Notes under the pieces: generated by a model
The model's input: the letters and a program-made list of their open reading frames with translations, nothing else
What the model was told of the DNA's origin: nothing
Databases searched by the model: none
Program-made: the position numbers and the translations under genes
Source: Syntrophales bacterium
Lineage (GTDB): Bacteria > Desulfobacterota > Syntrophia > Syntrophales > UBA4778
DNA length: 64,000 bases
Direction: 5' to 3'
NCBI GenBank assembly: GCA_963665615.2
Contig: CAXXQE010000008.1
Span: 434,001-498,000 of the forward strand
Part shown: in pieces, positions 27,775 through 38,355 of the stretch
Numbering within the stretch: position 1 is the stretch's first letter
Layout: each line of letters opens with the position of its first letter

Positions 27775-28708
27775 ATGATACAGAGTTCTTTTATGCAATG
27801 GAGCCCCCTCGGCGTGGACGATTATCCGCGCCTCGTCCCTTTTTTTCTGAAGCAGTCTTATCGGCTGAGCGCTTATAGCCTCGCATCGATCATCATCTGG
27901 AATAATCATGTCATCGAGACATCCTACACGGTGGACAAGGAAACATTGATTATTGCCGATCGCGCCAAAACGCCACTCGACGAGGACCGGTTGCTTCTTC
28001 CCATTGGTTCCGCTGGATATGCTCGCCCCGACGAACTGGCCGATATTTCACGGCGGGTCGGAATCCCGCGATACTGGTTCGTGCCGCAGGACTATCTGGA
28101 TGCTGTCGGTCGTGAAGCGGTAGCCGCTTATTTTGAAGTCACAGAGCAGGCGGAGTTTCACGATTATCTGTACCTGGCAGAAGACCTGGCCCTTCTGAAG
28201 GGAAACCGCTATGCGGGCAAGCGCAACTGGATCAACCGCTTCACAAAGATTTACCGGGAGCGGGTTCGTGTCGAACCCCTCGGACCTATCGTGGTGGAAG
28301 AATGCCTGGCCTTTCTGGAAGAATGGTGCGAGGCTAACGATTGCGGCCAGGAGAGCAACGAAGGACTCTTCTGCGAAAAACAGGCTGCCATTCAAGCCCT
28401 CAAGAACATGGACCGTTTGGGGTTTACCGGCATCCTGGTGAGGATCGACGGAAAGGTGGTCGCCCTTTGGCATCGGCGCGCCCCTGACGACGGATATCGG
28501 CGTGTTGTGTTTTGAAAAGGCCGATGCCGATATCGAGGGGATTTATCAATTTCTGGACAACGAATGCGCCAAGCGGCTCTTTTCCGGGTATCGCTTTATC
28601 AACAAGGAGAGCGATATGGGGAAGCCGGGTTTGACGAAATCGAAGCAATCATACCATCCTGTTGAAATTATCAAGTCGTATTGTCTCACCTTAAATAATA
28701 TCGGGTGA
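27775..28708 (+). pseudogene. DUF2156/phosphatidylglycerol lysyltransferase-domain protein, frameshifted (probably a sequence error)
   Basis: DYLY..EDLALLKGNRYAGKRNWINRF. Removing one C at 28463-28465 gives VAFGIG...FEKA...GIYQ...INKESDMG. Confidence 0.8.
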
Positions 28709-29104
28709 CGGATCACTGCAGCTACGCACGGCGCGCTTTCGCCATATCGGAGAAAGGGGACCCTGCCTGCATCCGTTGAAAAGTTCTTGGACTTGCTTTT
28801 CGGGTCTCAACGAATGGGGACTCTTTTCCTCCCGGCATCAGTGATTCGGATCTTTTACCGTCTATCCAAGATGTTAAACACCTATCTGCACTGCTAATCA
28901 CGACATCAGTCAATTCATTTTTCCAAAAAACGTGTCTTTGGGGCGGAACCGATCAGCCTTTCCCTTAAATCAAGTCACTCTGAAAACCCAAAGCGGCATG
29001 GTAAACACGAGACAAGAATTTGACTTCTGAATAGGTATCCAGTATTGGTTATTATTATAATTTTCTTTCTGAGTTTTCGGGGTCTTATCGAGATGGGGGC
29101 ATTG

Positions 29105-32100
29105 ATGGAAGACAAGACATATCAGGAACTGCTCGAAGATAACCTCAAACTGAAACAAAAAATCCGGGCGTTGGAACAATCCTCAATAAAGAGCGCGCAG
29201 GCAATCGAAGCGCTTAAGGACAGTGAAGAGCGCTTTCGGTCATTAGTTGAAATGACCAGCGATTGGATCTGGGAAATAGACGCAAGGGGGATCTATACGT
29301 ATGCAAGTCCAAAGATAAAAGATATCCTAGGGTATGAACCATCGGAGATACTGGGAAAGACCGCGATGGATCTGATGCCGCCCGAAGAGGCGAAGCGTGT
29401 CGCTAAGATAATGGATGAGTATTTTGAGGGTGCGAAAGCTTTTACTCTTTTTGAAAATATCAATCTTCATAAGGATGGACGAACCGTTGTTCTAGAAACG
29501 AGTGGCGTGCCCATTATAGACGAAAACGGTTCCCTGAAAGGATACCGGGGGATCGATCGCGATATCAGCGAATATAAAAAGGCAGAGAAATTACTGAGAG
29601 AAAGCGAGAAACGATATCGAACCCTATTTGAAGAATCGATCGACGGTATTTTTATAACTTCCCACGAAGGACGGTTTCTCGATGTAAACAAGGCGTGCAT
29701 TAAAATATTCGGATATGACTCTAAAGATGAGATGCTGCATCTCGATCTGGCGAGGGACGTGTATGCAGATCCAAAGGATCGAGCGAATGTTCTTTCGACT
29801 TTACGTGAACAGGGGAGCATTGAGATTGAAATCCCTTTTAGGAAAAAGGGCGGTAACATGATGCTAACCCGTTTTTCCAGTACTGCAATAAAAGATGAGC
29901 AGGATCATATTATCTTCTATCGCAGCGTCGTCCGTGACATCACGGCGGTCAGAAAGATGGAGACAACTGCACAGGACACGTTAAGGTTCTTGGAAACCAT
30001 AATAGATACGATTCCCATCCCGATTGTTTATAGAGATACCGAGTTGCGTTATAAAGGCTGTAACAATGCATTCGCGATGTTTATCGGTTTGAAGAAAGAA
30101 GAGATTATCGGGAAGACCCTTTACGACCTTTATCCTAAAGAGCGCGCCGATGAATATTATGAAAGAGATATGGCGTTATTGCATCAACCCGAAAAACTGG
30201 GACAGGCTTTTGAACATCAGCTAATACGCGCAGATGGAAGCGTTCGCGATATCCTTTTCAATCGGGCGACCTTCAGGAATAGTGCCGGCGCCGTGGAAGG
30301 ATTGGTCAGCGTCATGGTTGATCTCACGGAGCGTAAACATGCAGAGAACGAGCTACGCAGAAGTGAAGCAACGCTCCGCAGCGTGTTCAAAGCCACCCCG
30401 GTAGGTCTTTCCCTCGTGAAAGACCGCGTTTTCCAGGAGGTTAATAAAGCCTGGCTGAAAATCCTGGGATACTCTGAATCTGAAATCATCGGACGTTCCG
30501 CCAGATTAGTATATGAAAGCGATGAGGAATTTGAGCGCGTGGGACGGGCGTTATTCACAAATTTGTTGGAATGCGGTTTAACTTCGGTTCAAACGGTACT
30601 CAGGAAAAAAGATGGGGAACGTCGTGACGTCATCTTAACGGCCGCACCTTTTCAAGCGGAAGATCGCTATGTAGGCATGGCAGTCGTTGCGATTGAGGAC
30701 ATTACTGAACGCAATCGCGTAGAGAACGAGCTGCACATAAAGGACGAGCTGCTTTATATGGCCAGCAAGTTGGAAAAGATAGGCGGGTTTGAGGTTGATG
30801 CTCTGACGCATAAGGGAACCTGGACTGATGAAGTAACTAACATCCACGATCTTGATCCAACCCATCTAAACACCAATCTGGAAATGGGGATAAGCTTCTA
30901 TGTCGGTGAATCTCAGGATAAGATTAGTGAGGCGGTAAGAGAAGCCATCGAATTGGCCAAGCCTTACGATCTGGAACTCGAATTGATGAGTGCCAAGGGC
31001 ATTCATAAGATTGTCCGGACCATGGGTCATCCCGTCATGAAAGGGGGAAGGGTCGTCAAAGTACAGGGTATCATACAAGATATCACCAAACGCAAGAATG
31101 ACGAACAAGAAAGGAAAGTTCTCGAAGAAAAGCTCCAGCGGGCCGAGAAAATGGAGGCGCTGGGGATGCTGGCGGGCGGTGTGGCCCATGATCTCAACAA
31201 CGTCCTGGGCATTGTCGTCGGCTTTGCGGAATTGCTCCTCAGGACTCAAGGCGAGTCGAACCCGATCCGGCCCCAACTCGAGAACATCGTGAGGGGCGGC
31301 CAAAGGGCGGCGGCGATCGTGGATGATCTGCTGACGCTGGCCAGACGGGGCGTTGCCAGCAGGCAGGTTCTCAACCTGAACAAGATTATTTCCGACCTGC
31401 AGCAATCACCGGAGTTAGGGAAACTCTGTGAGCATCATCCCCAGGTGGAAATCAAAACCGATCTGGCGCAGCCCCTCTTGAATATCTCCGGCTCTTCGAT
31501 CCATCTGAGCAAATCACTGTTCAACCTGGTCTCAAATGCCAGTGAGGCCATGCCCCAGGGCGGGATTCTGACCATCAAGACCGCCAATCAGTATCTGGAC
31601 AAGCCCATCAAGGGATATGACGAGGTCCGGGAAGGAGACTATGTGGTTCTTTCCGTCTCCGATACGGGAGAAGGCATTCTTGCGGCCGATTTGAAACATA
31701 TCTTTGAGCCCTTTTATACCAAAAAAGTCATGGGGCGAAGTGGAACGGGTTTGGGGTTGTCCGTGGTTTGGGGGACGGTGAAAGATCATCAGGGGTATAT
31801 TGACATCCAGAGTGAAGAAGGCAAAGGGAGTACCTTTACGCTTTATTTCCCGATCACGAGAGAAGAAATCTCTCCGGAAAGTGAAGCGATTGCCCTTTCC
31901 ACCTATATGGGAAAGGGCCAATCCATTCTGGTGGTAGATGACGTTAAGGAGCAGCGTGACCTGGCAGTCGGAATGTTGCGTAAATTGAATTACGATGTCA
32001 CAAGCGTAGCCAGTGGCGAAGAAGCCATCGCTTTCGTGAAGAAACATCCTTTTGACCTGATCATTCTGGACATGATTATGGAGCCTGGCATGGACGGGTT

Positions 32101-32281
32101 GGATACCTATAAAAAAATCATCGAAGCGCAGCCCCACCAGAAAGCCATCATCGTTAGCGGTTATGCTGAAACAGATCGCGTGAAACAGGCTCAGGAACTC
32201 GGCGCCGGCGCATTCGTGAAGAAACCTTACGTGTTGGAAAATATAGGTCTGGCGGTCTACAGGCAGTTAGGCAGCAAATAA
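29105..32281 (+). CDS. Multi-PAS hybrid sensor histidine kinase/response regulator
   Basis: About five PAS/PAC repeats, AGGVAHDLNN, NASEAM, DTGEGI, FEPFYT, GTGLGL, C-terminal receiver (VVDD, LDM, KP). Confidence 0.95.
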   Translation: MEDKTYQELLEDNLKLKQKIRALEQSSIKSAQAIEALKDSEERFRSLVEMTSDWIWEIDARGIYTYASPKIKDILGYEPSEILGKTAMDLMPPEEAKRVAKIMDEYFEGAKAFTLFENINLHKDGRTVVLETSGVPIIDENGSLKGYRGIDRDISEYKKAEKLLRESEKRYRTLFEESIDGIFITSHEGRFLDVNKACIKIFGYDSKDEMLHLDLARDVYADPKDRANVLSTLREQGSIEIEIPFRKKGGNMMLTRFSSTAIKDEQDHIIFYRSVVRDITAVRKMETTAQDTLRFLETIIDTIPIPIVYRDTELRYKGCNNAFAMFIGLKKEEIIGKTLYDLYPKERADEYYERDMALLHQPEKLGQAFEHQLIRADGSVRDILFNRATFRNSAGAVEGLVSVMVDLTERKHAENELRRSEATLRSVFKATPVGLSLVKDRVFQEVNKAWLKILGYSESEIIGRSARLVYESDEEFERVGRALFTNLLECGLTSVQTVLRKKDGERRDVILTAAPFQAEDRYVGMAVVAIEDITERNRVENELHIKDELLYMASKLEKIGGFEVDALTHKGTWTDEVTNIHDLDPTHLNTNLEMGISFYVGESQDKISEAVREAIELAKPYDLELELMSAKGIHKIVRTMGHPVMKGGRVVKVQGIIQDITKRKNDEQERKVLEEKLQRAEKMEALGMLAGGVAHDLNNVLGIVVGFAELLLRTQGESNPIRPQLENIVRGGQRAAAIVDDLLTLARRGVASRQVLNLNKIISDLQQSPELGKLCEHHPQVEIKTDLAQPLLNISGSSIHLSKSLFNLVSNASEAMPQGGILTIKTANQYLDKPIKGYDEVREGDYVVLSVSDTGEGILAADLKHIFEPFYTKKVMGRSGTGLGLSVVWGTVKDHQGYIDIQSEEGKGSTFTLYFPITREEISPESEAIALSTYMGKGQSILVVDDVKEQRDLAVGMLRKLNYDVTSVASGEEAIAFVKKHPFDLIILDMIMEPGMDGLDTYKKIIEAQPHQKAIIVSGYAETDRVKQAQELGAGAFVKKPYVLENIGLAVYRQLGSK

Positions 32282-32436
32282 CTCACATGAACGGCAACGA
32301 CATCGCCGGTTTAAATTTGAAGGTATCCATATCTTTGTTTTCCGGCTTTCCTCCGCTTAATTCCCGAACAATAAAACGCGGCCATCCGGTTATTGTCCGG
32401 ACGGCCGGTTCGATATCTCCGATAAAATGAAAAGGC

Positions 32437-33363
32437 TTATTGCGCCTGTGTGATGGCGGAGAGCTGCCAGGCGTTGGGGCCGACGGGACGTGTGACGGTC
32501 CAGTATTCCTCGAATTTGACGGGATCGGTCTTGCTCCCCGCAAGCAGTTGGCCGGCCTCGTCGGTCGTGTAATCCAACAGGTTCGCATAGAACTTGACGG
32601 TGATGAAATCTTTCCCTTCTTCCTGCCAGACTTCCGTCAAATCCACAGAGCGCACGGCAATGTTTTCCAGTCGGTTGATTTTCTTCTCAGCCTTCAGTCG
32701 GTCAATGTCTTCGGTGATGATGCGGTAGAGCTCGTCGGTCATGAGTCCCTTCACGCCCGTGATGTCGCGGTTCATCCAGGCGCCTTGAATCTTGAAGAAG
32801 AGGTCCATACACAGATCCTGAAAGGCCTTGACGTCAAAGGACGGGTCCATTTGGCGGACATAGCCTATCCCGCGATCTATCTCGTAACGTGGTTCCGGCT
32901 GAGCGTAGGCGGACTGCGTATAATCCGTGGCGCTTTCCCGATAGGTGGTATCGGTTGGCGGCTGTGACCTTTTTCGCGAAATGAACCAGTAGATGCCATA
33001 GAGGACCAATCCGATCAGGATGATATCAAACAGACCTATCCCGCCGCCCATCCCCGGACCGGCGAAACCGAGGCTGCGGAAGAGCATCCCGCCCAAGAGA
33101 CCGCCGGCAAGTCCGCCGAGAAAACTGCGCATCATGCCGCCGCCGTAAGGCTGTCCCATGGATCGCTGCGGCGAATAATAGGGAGACGATGGATAGGCGG
33201 GGGACGATGGCGTGGATGGAGACGAATAGGTTCGAGAGCCTCGGCTTCCGAAGGACCGGCCGCCGCCGATGCGTGCGTCGGCGGTCAATTCGAGGGTCCA
33301 TGAGCAAAAAAGAAATGCGGCCAGAAAAATAAGGCCGGCTGCGGTATACGTTCGGGTGAACAT
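32437..33363 (-). CDS. Tim44 domain-containing protein
   Basis: ARIGGGRSFGSRGS, Gly-rich TM region, IQGAW, FEEYWT, WQLSAITQ. Confidence 0.9.
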   Translation of the reverse strand: MFTRTYTAAGLIFLAAFLFCSWTLELTADARIGGGRSFGSRGSRTYSSPSTPSSPAYPSSPYYSPQRSMGQPYGGGMMRSFLGGLAGGLLGGMLFRSLGFAGPGMGGGIGLFDIILIGLVLYGIYWFISRKRSQPPTDTTYRESATDYTQSAYAQPEPRYEIDRGIGYVRQMDPSFDVKAFQDLCMDLFFKIQGAWMNRDITGVKGLMTDELYRIITEDIDRLKAEKKINRLENIAVRSVDLTEVWQEEGKDFITVKFYANLLDYTTDEAGQLLAGSKTDPVKFEEYWTVTRPVGPNAWQLSAITQAQ

Positions 33364-33495
33364 GTTCGATTCTCCTGTTTCGGTCGTTTTTCCGGTCTGT
33401 CTGCGTAAAGCCAAGTCCAATGTAGCATCTGACGGATGAGACGGACTGAAACTATTATGAATGCAGGGCGCTGTCAACACGATTTAGAAAAGCCC

Positions 33496-33524
33496 TTGAC
33501 AGGATGGGGGGGCGCAGGTATAGG
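33496..33524 (+). promoter_or_regulatory. Sigma70 promoter of csp
   Basis: TTGACA-17 bp-TATAGG. Confidence 0.6.
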
Positions 33525-33600
33525 CATCGGTGCATGCAGTGGGCATGCTCAGCATGCCGTGACAATCGCGAGAAACCGGAAAGGGAGGAGAGGAGACGCT

Positions 33601-33804
33601 ATGGCGACGGGGACCGTCAAATGGTTTAATGAAAAGAAGGGCTTTGGGTTCATTCAGCAGGACGACGGCGGAGACCTCTTTGTCCATTATTCATCCATCA
33701 TCAGCACGGGGTTCAAGACCCTCTTAGAAGGCCAGAAGGTTCGGTTTGAGGTTGAAACCACTCCCAAGGGCCCCAAGGCAACGAACGTAGAGATCGTCGC
33801 ATAG
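33601..33804 (+). CDS. Cold-shock protein
   Basis: [22 protein letters not shown]; strong RBS. Confidence 0.97.
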   Translation: MATGTVKWFNEKKGFGFIQQDDGGDLFVHYSSIISTGFKTLLEGQKVRFEVETTPKGPKATNVEIVA

Positions 33805-33825
33805 GGCATTGACCAGTATGTTTTG

Positions 33826-33856
33826 AGGCGGCTCCCGTCGGAAGCCGCCTTTTTTA
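33826..33856 (+). terminator. Rho-independent terminator of csp
   Basis: AGGCGGCT/AGCCGCCT stem plus T tract. Confidence 0.75.
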
Positions 33857-33943
33857 TTTTGGCAGTCAAGCAATTCCATCAGAATATCTCTTTACGAAGC
33901 GGGACTTGACCTCATCACGCTTTCCTTATATGACTTTTCATCT

Positions 33944-35137
33944 ATGGCAATGAAGAAACCCCTCATCCGTGAAGCGGAAAACCTGGCAGAGCTGGATCGG
34001 CGTGTCATGCGCGGACTTGTCTGCGAGTGGGAATACGCACGCCTGCAACTCTCCGCGCGGGAACAGTCGCGGCTCCGGCTGCCTCTTTTCCGCATTGCCG
34101 AATTAGATGGCCGGCTCGGCCAGTGGTCGGCTGAAAAGCGGGAGATCGCGCTGAGTCGAAAACTCGTTCAGCATCATCCCTGGGATGCGGTGCGAGAAGT
34201 GCTGTTGCACGAGATGGCGCATCAGTTCCGCGACGAGGTGCTTGGCATCGTTGACGAGCCGCCGCATGGGGCGGCCTTTCTGCGCGCCTGCAGGGTTCTT
34301 CGCGCCAATCCGAAGGCCTCAGGCCGTTATCCGGCCCTGGACGAACGGATGCAGCAGGAGGCGCCCGACGAGCAGGATCAGATCATGGGCCGGATCGTGA
34401 AGCTGATGGCACTGGCCGGGAGCTGCAACCGGCACGAGGCTGAAGCCGCCATGGCGAAGGCCCACAGCCTGATTCTCAAGTACAATCGCGAACACCTGCT
34501 AAAGCAGGATAAGCACAGGGGAGAGACCGATCCCGACGGGCAGCTCGAAGGGTATGCCAGTCTGTTTCTGGGACAACCGCAGTTGCGGCATTCGCTGGAA
34601 CACTATCACTTCGCCAACCTGCTTCAGGACTTTTATTTTGTAAAGGGAATCTGGGTGCCGGCCTATGTGATGGGGCGCGGAAAGATGGGGCGGGTGCTTG
34701 AAATCAGCGGATCGCTGAAGAATGTCCGGATCGCCTCGTATATCTATGATTGCGTTGCGCGCTATATCGAAAAAGAATGGCGGGCCTATGATCCCGCGGG
34801 GCGCCTTTCCCGCCGGCGGCGGACGGACTTTGCAATCGGCATCCTCACGGGTTTTCGCGCGACACTCCAAAAGGCCATGACGAGCGAGCTAACACCCGGT
34901 CGGCGTTCGTGCCGGGCATTGGTCGCACTGGACGACCCGCGGCTGGACCGGTATCTCGCCCTCCGGTATCCGAGGATCACGTCCTTTAGAAGAAGCGGCA
35001 GCGGAGCAGACCAGACCGTCCGAGAGGACGGGGAACGCGTGGGCCGCCGGCTTGTCATTGCACGCGGAATCGAGCGTCGGGACGATGGCGGGGCACGACC
35101 GCTGGCGATCAGCTGCGGCAGGCGCACGGGGGGATAG
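33944..35137 (+). CDS. SprT-like zinc metalloprotease fused to DUF2786
   Basis: LLHEMAHQ...PHGAAF; IVKLMALA...HEAEAAMAKA..LILKYN. Confidence 0.82.
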   Translation: MAMKKPLIREAENLAELDRRVMRGLVCEWEYARLQLSAREQSRLRLPLFRIAELDGRLGQWSAEKREIALSRKLVQHHPWDAVREVLLHEMAHQFRDEVLGIVDEPPHGAAFLRACRVLRANPKASGRYPALDERMQQEAPDEQDQIMGRIVKLMALAGSCNRHEAEAAMAKAHSLILKYNREHLLKQDKHRGETDPDGQLEGYASLFLGQPQLRHSLEHYHFANLLQDFYFVKGIWVPAYVMGRGKMGRVLEISGSLKNVRIASYIYDCVARYIEKEWRAYDPAGRLSRRRRTDFAIGILTGFRATLQKAMTSELTPGRRSCRALVALDDPRLDRYLALRYPRITSFRRSGSGADQTVREDGERVGRRLVIARGIERRDDGGARPLAISCGRRTGG

Positions 35138-35138
35138 T

Positions 35139-36284
35139 ATGACCTGGTTTGTGCTGACGATTCTGGTCGTTTACGGCAGCGTACACGGCTATGTCTTCCT
35201 GCGGCTCTATGGCGCGCTGCGTTTTTCTCCGTTGACTGCCATTCCGGTCGTTGCTTTCATGCTGCTGATGGTGTTGACGCCGCTTACGGTTCACTGGCTG
35301 GAGCGGCGGGGGTATGACACGGCGGCGATGGTCCTGGCAGAGATCGGCTATCTCTGGATGGGGCTGGTCTTTCTCTTTTTCGTAGTTTCGATCGCGATCG
35401 ACGGCTACCGATGGATTCTTTTCGCGATCCAGGGGCTCTTTGGTTTACGGCTGGGCTTACTGGTGCCGTCACCGCAACAGCTCTTCTGGATTCCATTGAC
35501 GGTGGCTGCGGGAATTTTCCTTTATGCCTACCATGAAGCCGGCGCCATAAAGACAGAACATCTGACCGTGGCCTCGGATAAGATTCCTGCGGACGTCCGT
35601 TCGCTAAGGGTGGTTCAGATCTCCGATGTGCACATCGGGTTAATGGTCCGCCGGGCGAGATTGGAAAAAATTCTGGCGGAAGTGACCGCGGCAAAACCGG
35701 ATCTGCTCGTGTCAACAGGGGATCTGCTGGATGGCCAGACGGATCGGATCGACGGCATGACGGACCTGCTTCGGGCGATCAATCCGCCCTACGGCAAATA
35801 CGCCATCATGGGGAATCACGAGTACTACGCGGGTTTCTCCACGTCGCACCTCTTTTTCCAGCGTGCGGGATTTACGCTTCTCAGGGGGGAAGACCGGAAG
35901 ATTGCCGGTTGTGTCACGCTGGTCGGGTTCGACGATGCAGCGGCCAATCGTTTCGGGGGCTATCGTTCCGCTCCGCGCCCATACAGGAAAGGCACCGCGC
36001 GAAATGGCGACTTTATCCTCTTTCTCAGACATCAGCCTGTCGTGGATGGACCGCCGGGATGTTTCGACCTTCAGCTTTCCGGCCATACCCATTGCGGACA
36101 GATCTTTCCCTTCCGGTATGTAACCGCACTGTTCTTTCCGATGAACAGCGGATTGTTCAGGCTTGCAGATCAGTCCCTCGTCTATGTCAGTCGCGGCTCC
36201 GGCACGTGGGGGCCGCCGCACCGTTTTCTGGCGCCGCCTGAGATAACGGTGATCGATCTCGTCCCGAAGCCTGCCGCGCCGTGA
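35139..36284 (+). CDS. Membrane-anchored metallophosphoesterase (YkuE-like)
   Basis: N-terminal TM helices; SDVH, GDLLD, GNHE, HQP, SGHTH, SRGSG. Confidence 0.92.
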   Translation: MTWFVLTILVVYGSVHGYVFLRLYGALRFSPLTAIPVVAFMLLMVLTPLTVHWLERRGYDTAAMVLAEIGYLWMGLVFLFFVVSIAIDGYRWILFAIQGLFGLRLGLLVPSPQQLFWIPLTVAAGIFLYAYHEAGAIKTEHLTVASDKIPADVRSLRVVQISDVHIGLMVRRARLEKILAEVTAAKPDLLVSTGDLLDGQTDRIDGMTDLLRAINPPYGKYAIMGNHEYYAGFSTSHLFFQRAGFTLLRGEDRKIAGCVTLVGFDDAAANRFGGYRSAPRPYRKGTARNGDFILFLRHQPVVDGPPGCFDLQLSGHTHCGQIFPFRYVTALFFPMNSGLFRLADQSLVYVSRGSGTWGPPHRFLAPPEITVIDLVPKPAAP

Positions 36285-36291
36285 CGAGGCG

Positions 36292-36456
36292 TCAGCGCGT
36301 CAGGCGCCAGGCCAGCCAGATACCGAGGATCGCGCCGGCAGTGCCGCAGAAAAAAGAGCCAAAAAAGGACAGATCCTCTACGAACAGGTAAGGTAGATAA
36401 CTGCCCGCAACCGATCCGACCACCATTCCCAGCATGATCATTTTTCTTTGCGACAT
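36292..36456 (-). CDS. Small 54-aa membrane protein (absent from the ORF track)
   Basis: AGAGG RBS; MSQRKMIMLGMVVGSVAGSYLPYLFVEDLSFFGSFFCGTAGAILGIWLAWRLTR; fills the gap after queC. Confidence 0.7.
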   Translation of the reverse strand: MSQRKMIMLGMVVGSVAGSYLPYLFVEDLSFFGSFFCGTAGAILGIWLAWRLTR

Positions 36457-36472
36457 GATAACCTCTTGTTTC

Positions 36473-37156
36473 TCAATAGCGGGTGGGATCGCTCACCCCC
36501 GCCTCCAGAAATCCTTTCTTCCTCAGCAGACAACTGTCGCAATGTCCGCAGGCGCGGCCATCCGGCATAGGGTCGTAGCAGCTGTGCGTCATCGCGTAAT
36601 CCACGCCCAGGGAGACCCCGCGGCGGATGATGTCCGCTTTGGTCAGATTGATCAGTGGCGTCCGAATCCGGAGGGTCATCCGCCCCTCCACGGCCTCGCG
36701 GGTGGCCAGATTCGCTGTCTTTTCAAAGGCCGCGATAAACTCGGGACGGCAATCAGGATAACCGGAATAATCGACGGCGTTGACCCCGATGAAGATATCC
36801 TCCGCGCCGAGCACCTCCGCCCAGCCCAAGGCGTAGGCCAGAAAGATCGTATTGCGGGCGGGAACGTAGGTGACGGGAATCCCCGATGACATTTCATCTA
36901 GGCCGCGAGCCTTGGGGACGGCGATATCGGCCGTCAAGGCAGACCCGCCGATGCGGCCCAGATCGATATCGACAAGGAAGTGTTGTTTGACGCCGAACGC
37001 CTCCGCGATTCGTTGGGCGGCTATGAGCTCCTGGGCATGGCGCTGGCCGTAGCGAAAACTCAGGGCGTAAAGCGCATAGCCTTCCGCTCTGGCAATGGCC
37101 AGGGTGGTTGTAGAGTCGATGCCGCCGCTTGTGAGAACAACTGCTTTTCTGCTCAT
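36473..37156 (-). CDS. queC: 7-cyano-7-deazaguanine synthase
   Basis: [33 protein letters not shown]. Confidence 0.97.
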   Translation of the reverse strand: MSRKAVVLTSGGIDSTTTLAIARAEGYALYALSFRYGQRHAQELIAAQRIAEAFGVKQHFLVDIDLGRIGGSALTADIAVPKARGLDEMSSGIPVTYVPARNTIFLAYALGWAEVLGAEDIFIGVNAVDYSGYPDCRPEFIAAFEKTANLATREAVEGRMTLRIRTPLINLTKADIIRRGVSLGVDYAMTHSCYDPMPDGRACGHCDSCLLRKKGFLEAGVSDPTRY

Positions 37157-37824
37157 CTTCCCCTCTCCGCTTCGGGCCACAGGATCTTGTGGAGCTGCAA
37201 CTGCAATCGAACCGGAAGCCGGTCTTCAAGGATCCAGTCCGCCAGATCGCGAGGGTTAAGCTTACCCGTCACGGCGGAGAAATGAACGATCCGGTTGACC
37301 CCCGGTTCTTCGGAAATGAGCTGCAACATCCGTTTGGCGAAATCATAGTCCGCACGGTCGCCGATAACGAATTTGAGTTCGTCTTGAGGCGTGAGCCGCT
37401 TGAGGTTCCGCAGATCGTTGCGCGCATGCTCTCCGCTCGACGGGCATTTGAGATCGACAATACGGATGGCGCCGGCCGGGGCCCGATCGATATCGACGCT
37501 GCCGTTGGTTTCGACGAGGACCGTAAAATCCCGCTCCAGCAGACTCTCCACAAGCGGCGTAACGTTGTCCTGAAGGAGAGGCTCCCCGCCCGTAATCTCG
37601 ACAAGGTTGCAGCCGAAGCGTTCCATCTCTCGGAGAATGTCCGAGATTTCCACATCGGTTCCGCCGTCATAGGCATAGGTCGTGTCGCAGTAGCTGCACC
37701 GAAGATTGCATCCGGTCAGCCGCACGAAGACACAGGGATAGCCGGCAAAGGACGACTCGCCTTGAAGGCTATAGAAGATCTCATCGACCCGCAGGGTCCT
37801 GCTGCCTTTGTCATCGCCTGGCAC
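37153..37824 (-). CDS. queE: 7-carboxy-7-deazaguanine synthase (radical SAM)
   Basis: [35 protein letters not shown] start inferred. Confidence 0.95.
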   Translation of the reverse strand: MPGDDKGSRTLRVDEIFYSLQGESSFAGYPCVFVRLTGCNLRCSYCDTTYAYDGGTDVEISDILREMERFGCNLVEITGGEPLLQDNVTPLVESLLERDFTVLVETNGSVDIDRAPAGAIRIVDLKCPSSGEHARNDLRNLKRLTPQDELKFVIGDRADYDFAKRMLQLISEEPGVNRIVHFSAVTGKLNPRDLADWILEDRLPVRLQLQLHKILWPEAERGR

Positions 37825-37828
37825 GGGT

Positions 37829-38209
37829 TTACCCTTCTGTGTAGAGCACGCCCTGGCCGGGAGATTCCATAACCTTGACGCCGGCGACCCGGACGTTGTC
37901 CGAATTGAGTCGGTTCCCCAGCGCGCTATAGAGGTGGCGGGCAATCTGCTCGGAAGACGGATTGACGGTTTGAAAGGCCTCATGCTCGTTAAGGTCGGTG
38001 TGATCGAGTTCCTTCAGGACGGCGCGAACGCCTTCCTTGACCTTGCGGAAATCGATTCCCAATCCGATCCTATCCAGTTCACGGCACGCAAGGCGAACCT
38101 CGACGGTCCAGTTGTGGCCGTGGACCTGGGCGCAGTCGCCCGGATAGCCCCTCAGACTGTGCGCCGCGGAGAATTCCGATTGGACAAAAATCGTATACGT
38201 TCCAGACAT
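37829..38209 (-). CDS. queD: 6-carboxytetrahydropterin synthase
   Basis: FSAAHSL, CAQVHGHNW, LDH, NPSSE. Confidence 0.95.
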   Translation of the reverse strand: MSGTYTIFVQSEFSAAHSLRGYPGDCAQVHGHNWTVEVRLACRELDRIGLGIDFRKVKEGVRAVLKELDHTDLNEHEAFQTVNPSSEQIARHLYSALGNRLNSDNVRVAGVKVMESPGQGVLYTEG

Positions 38210-38355
38210 CTCAGAGACCTCTTTTGCCTTGAAAAGAATGAATTAAATTTGCTGTAATGGTCTTATGGCGTTGAACCCCTAGGGGTGAAATATAGAAAAG
38301 TAAACGGGATGTCAAAGGAATAATCAGGACGTTCATGGATTGCACTGGAGGGGGC

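Noticed and set aside
28722..28913. 63-aa ORF and loose hairpin in the spacer before the kinase
   Set aside because: No motif or recognisable RNA family; not supportable from sequence alone.
38210..38340. Possible preQ1 riboswitch upstream of queD
   Set aside because: No recognisable stem plus A-rich tail pattern; cmscan would be needed to exclude it.
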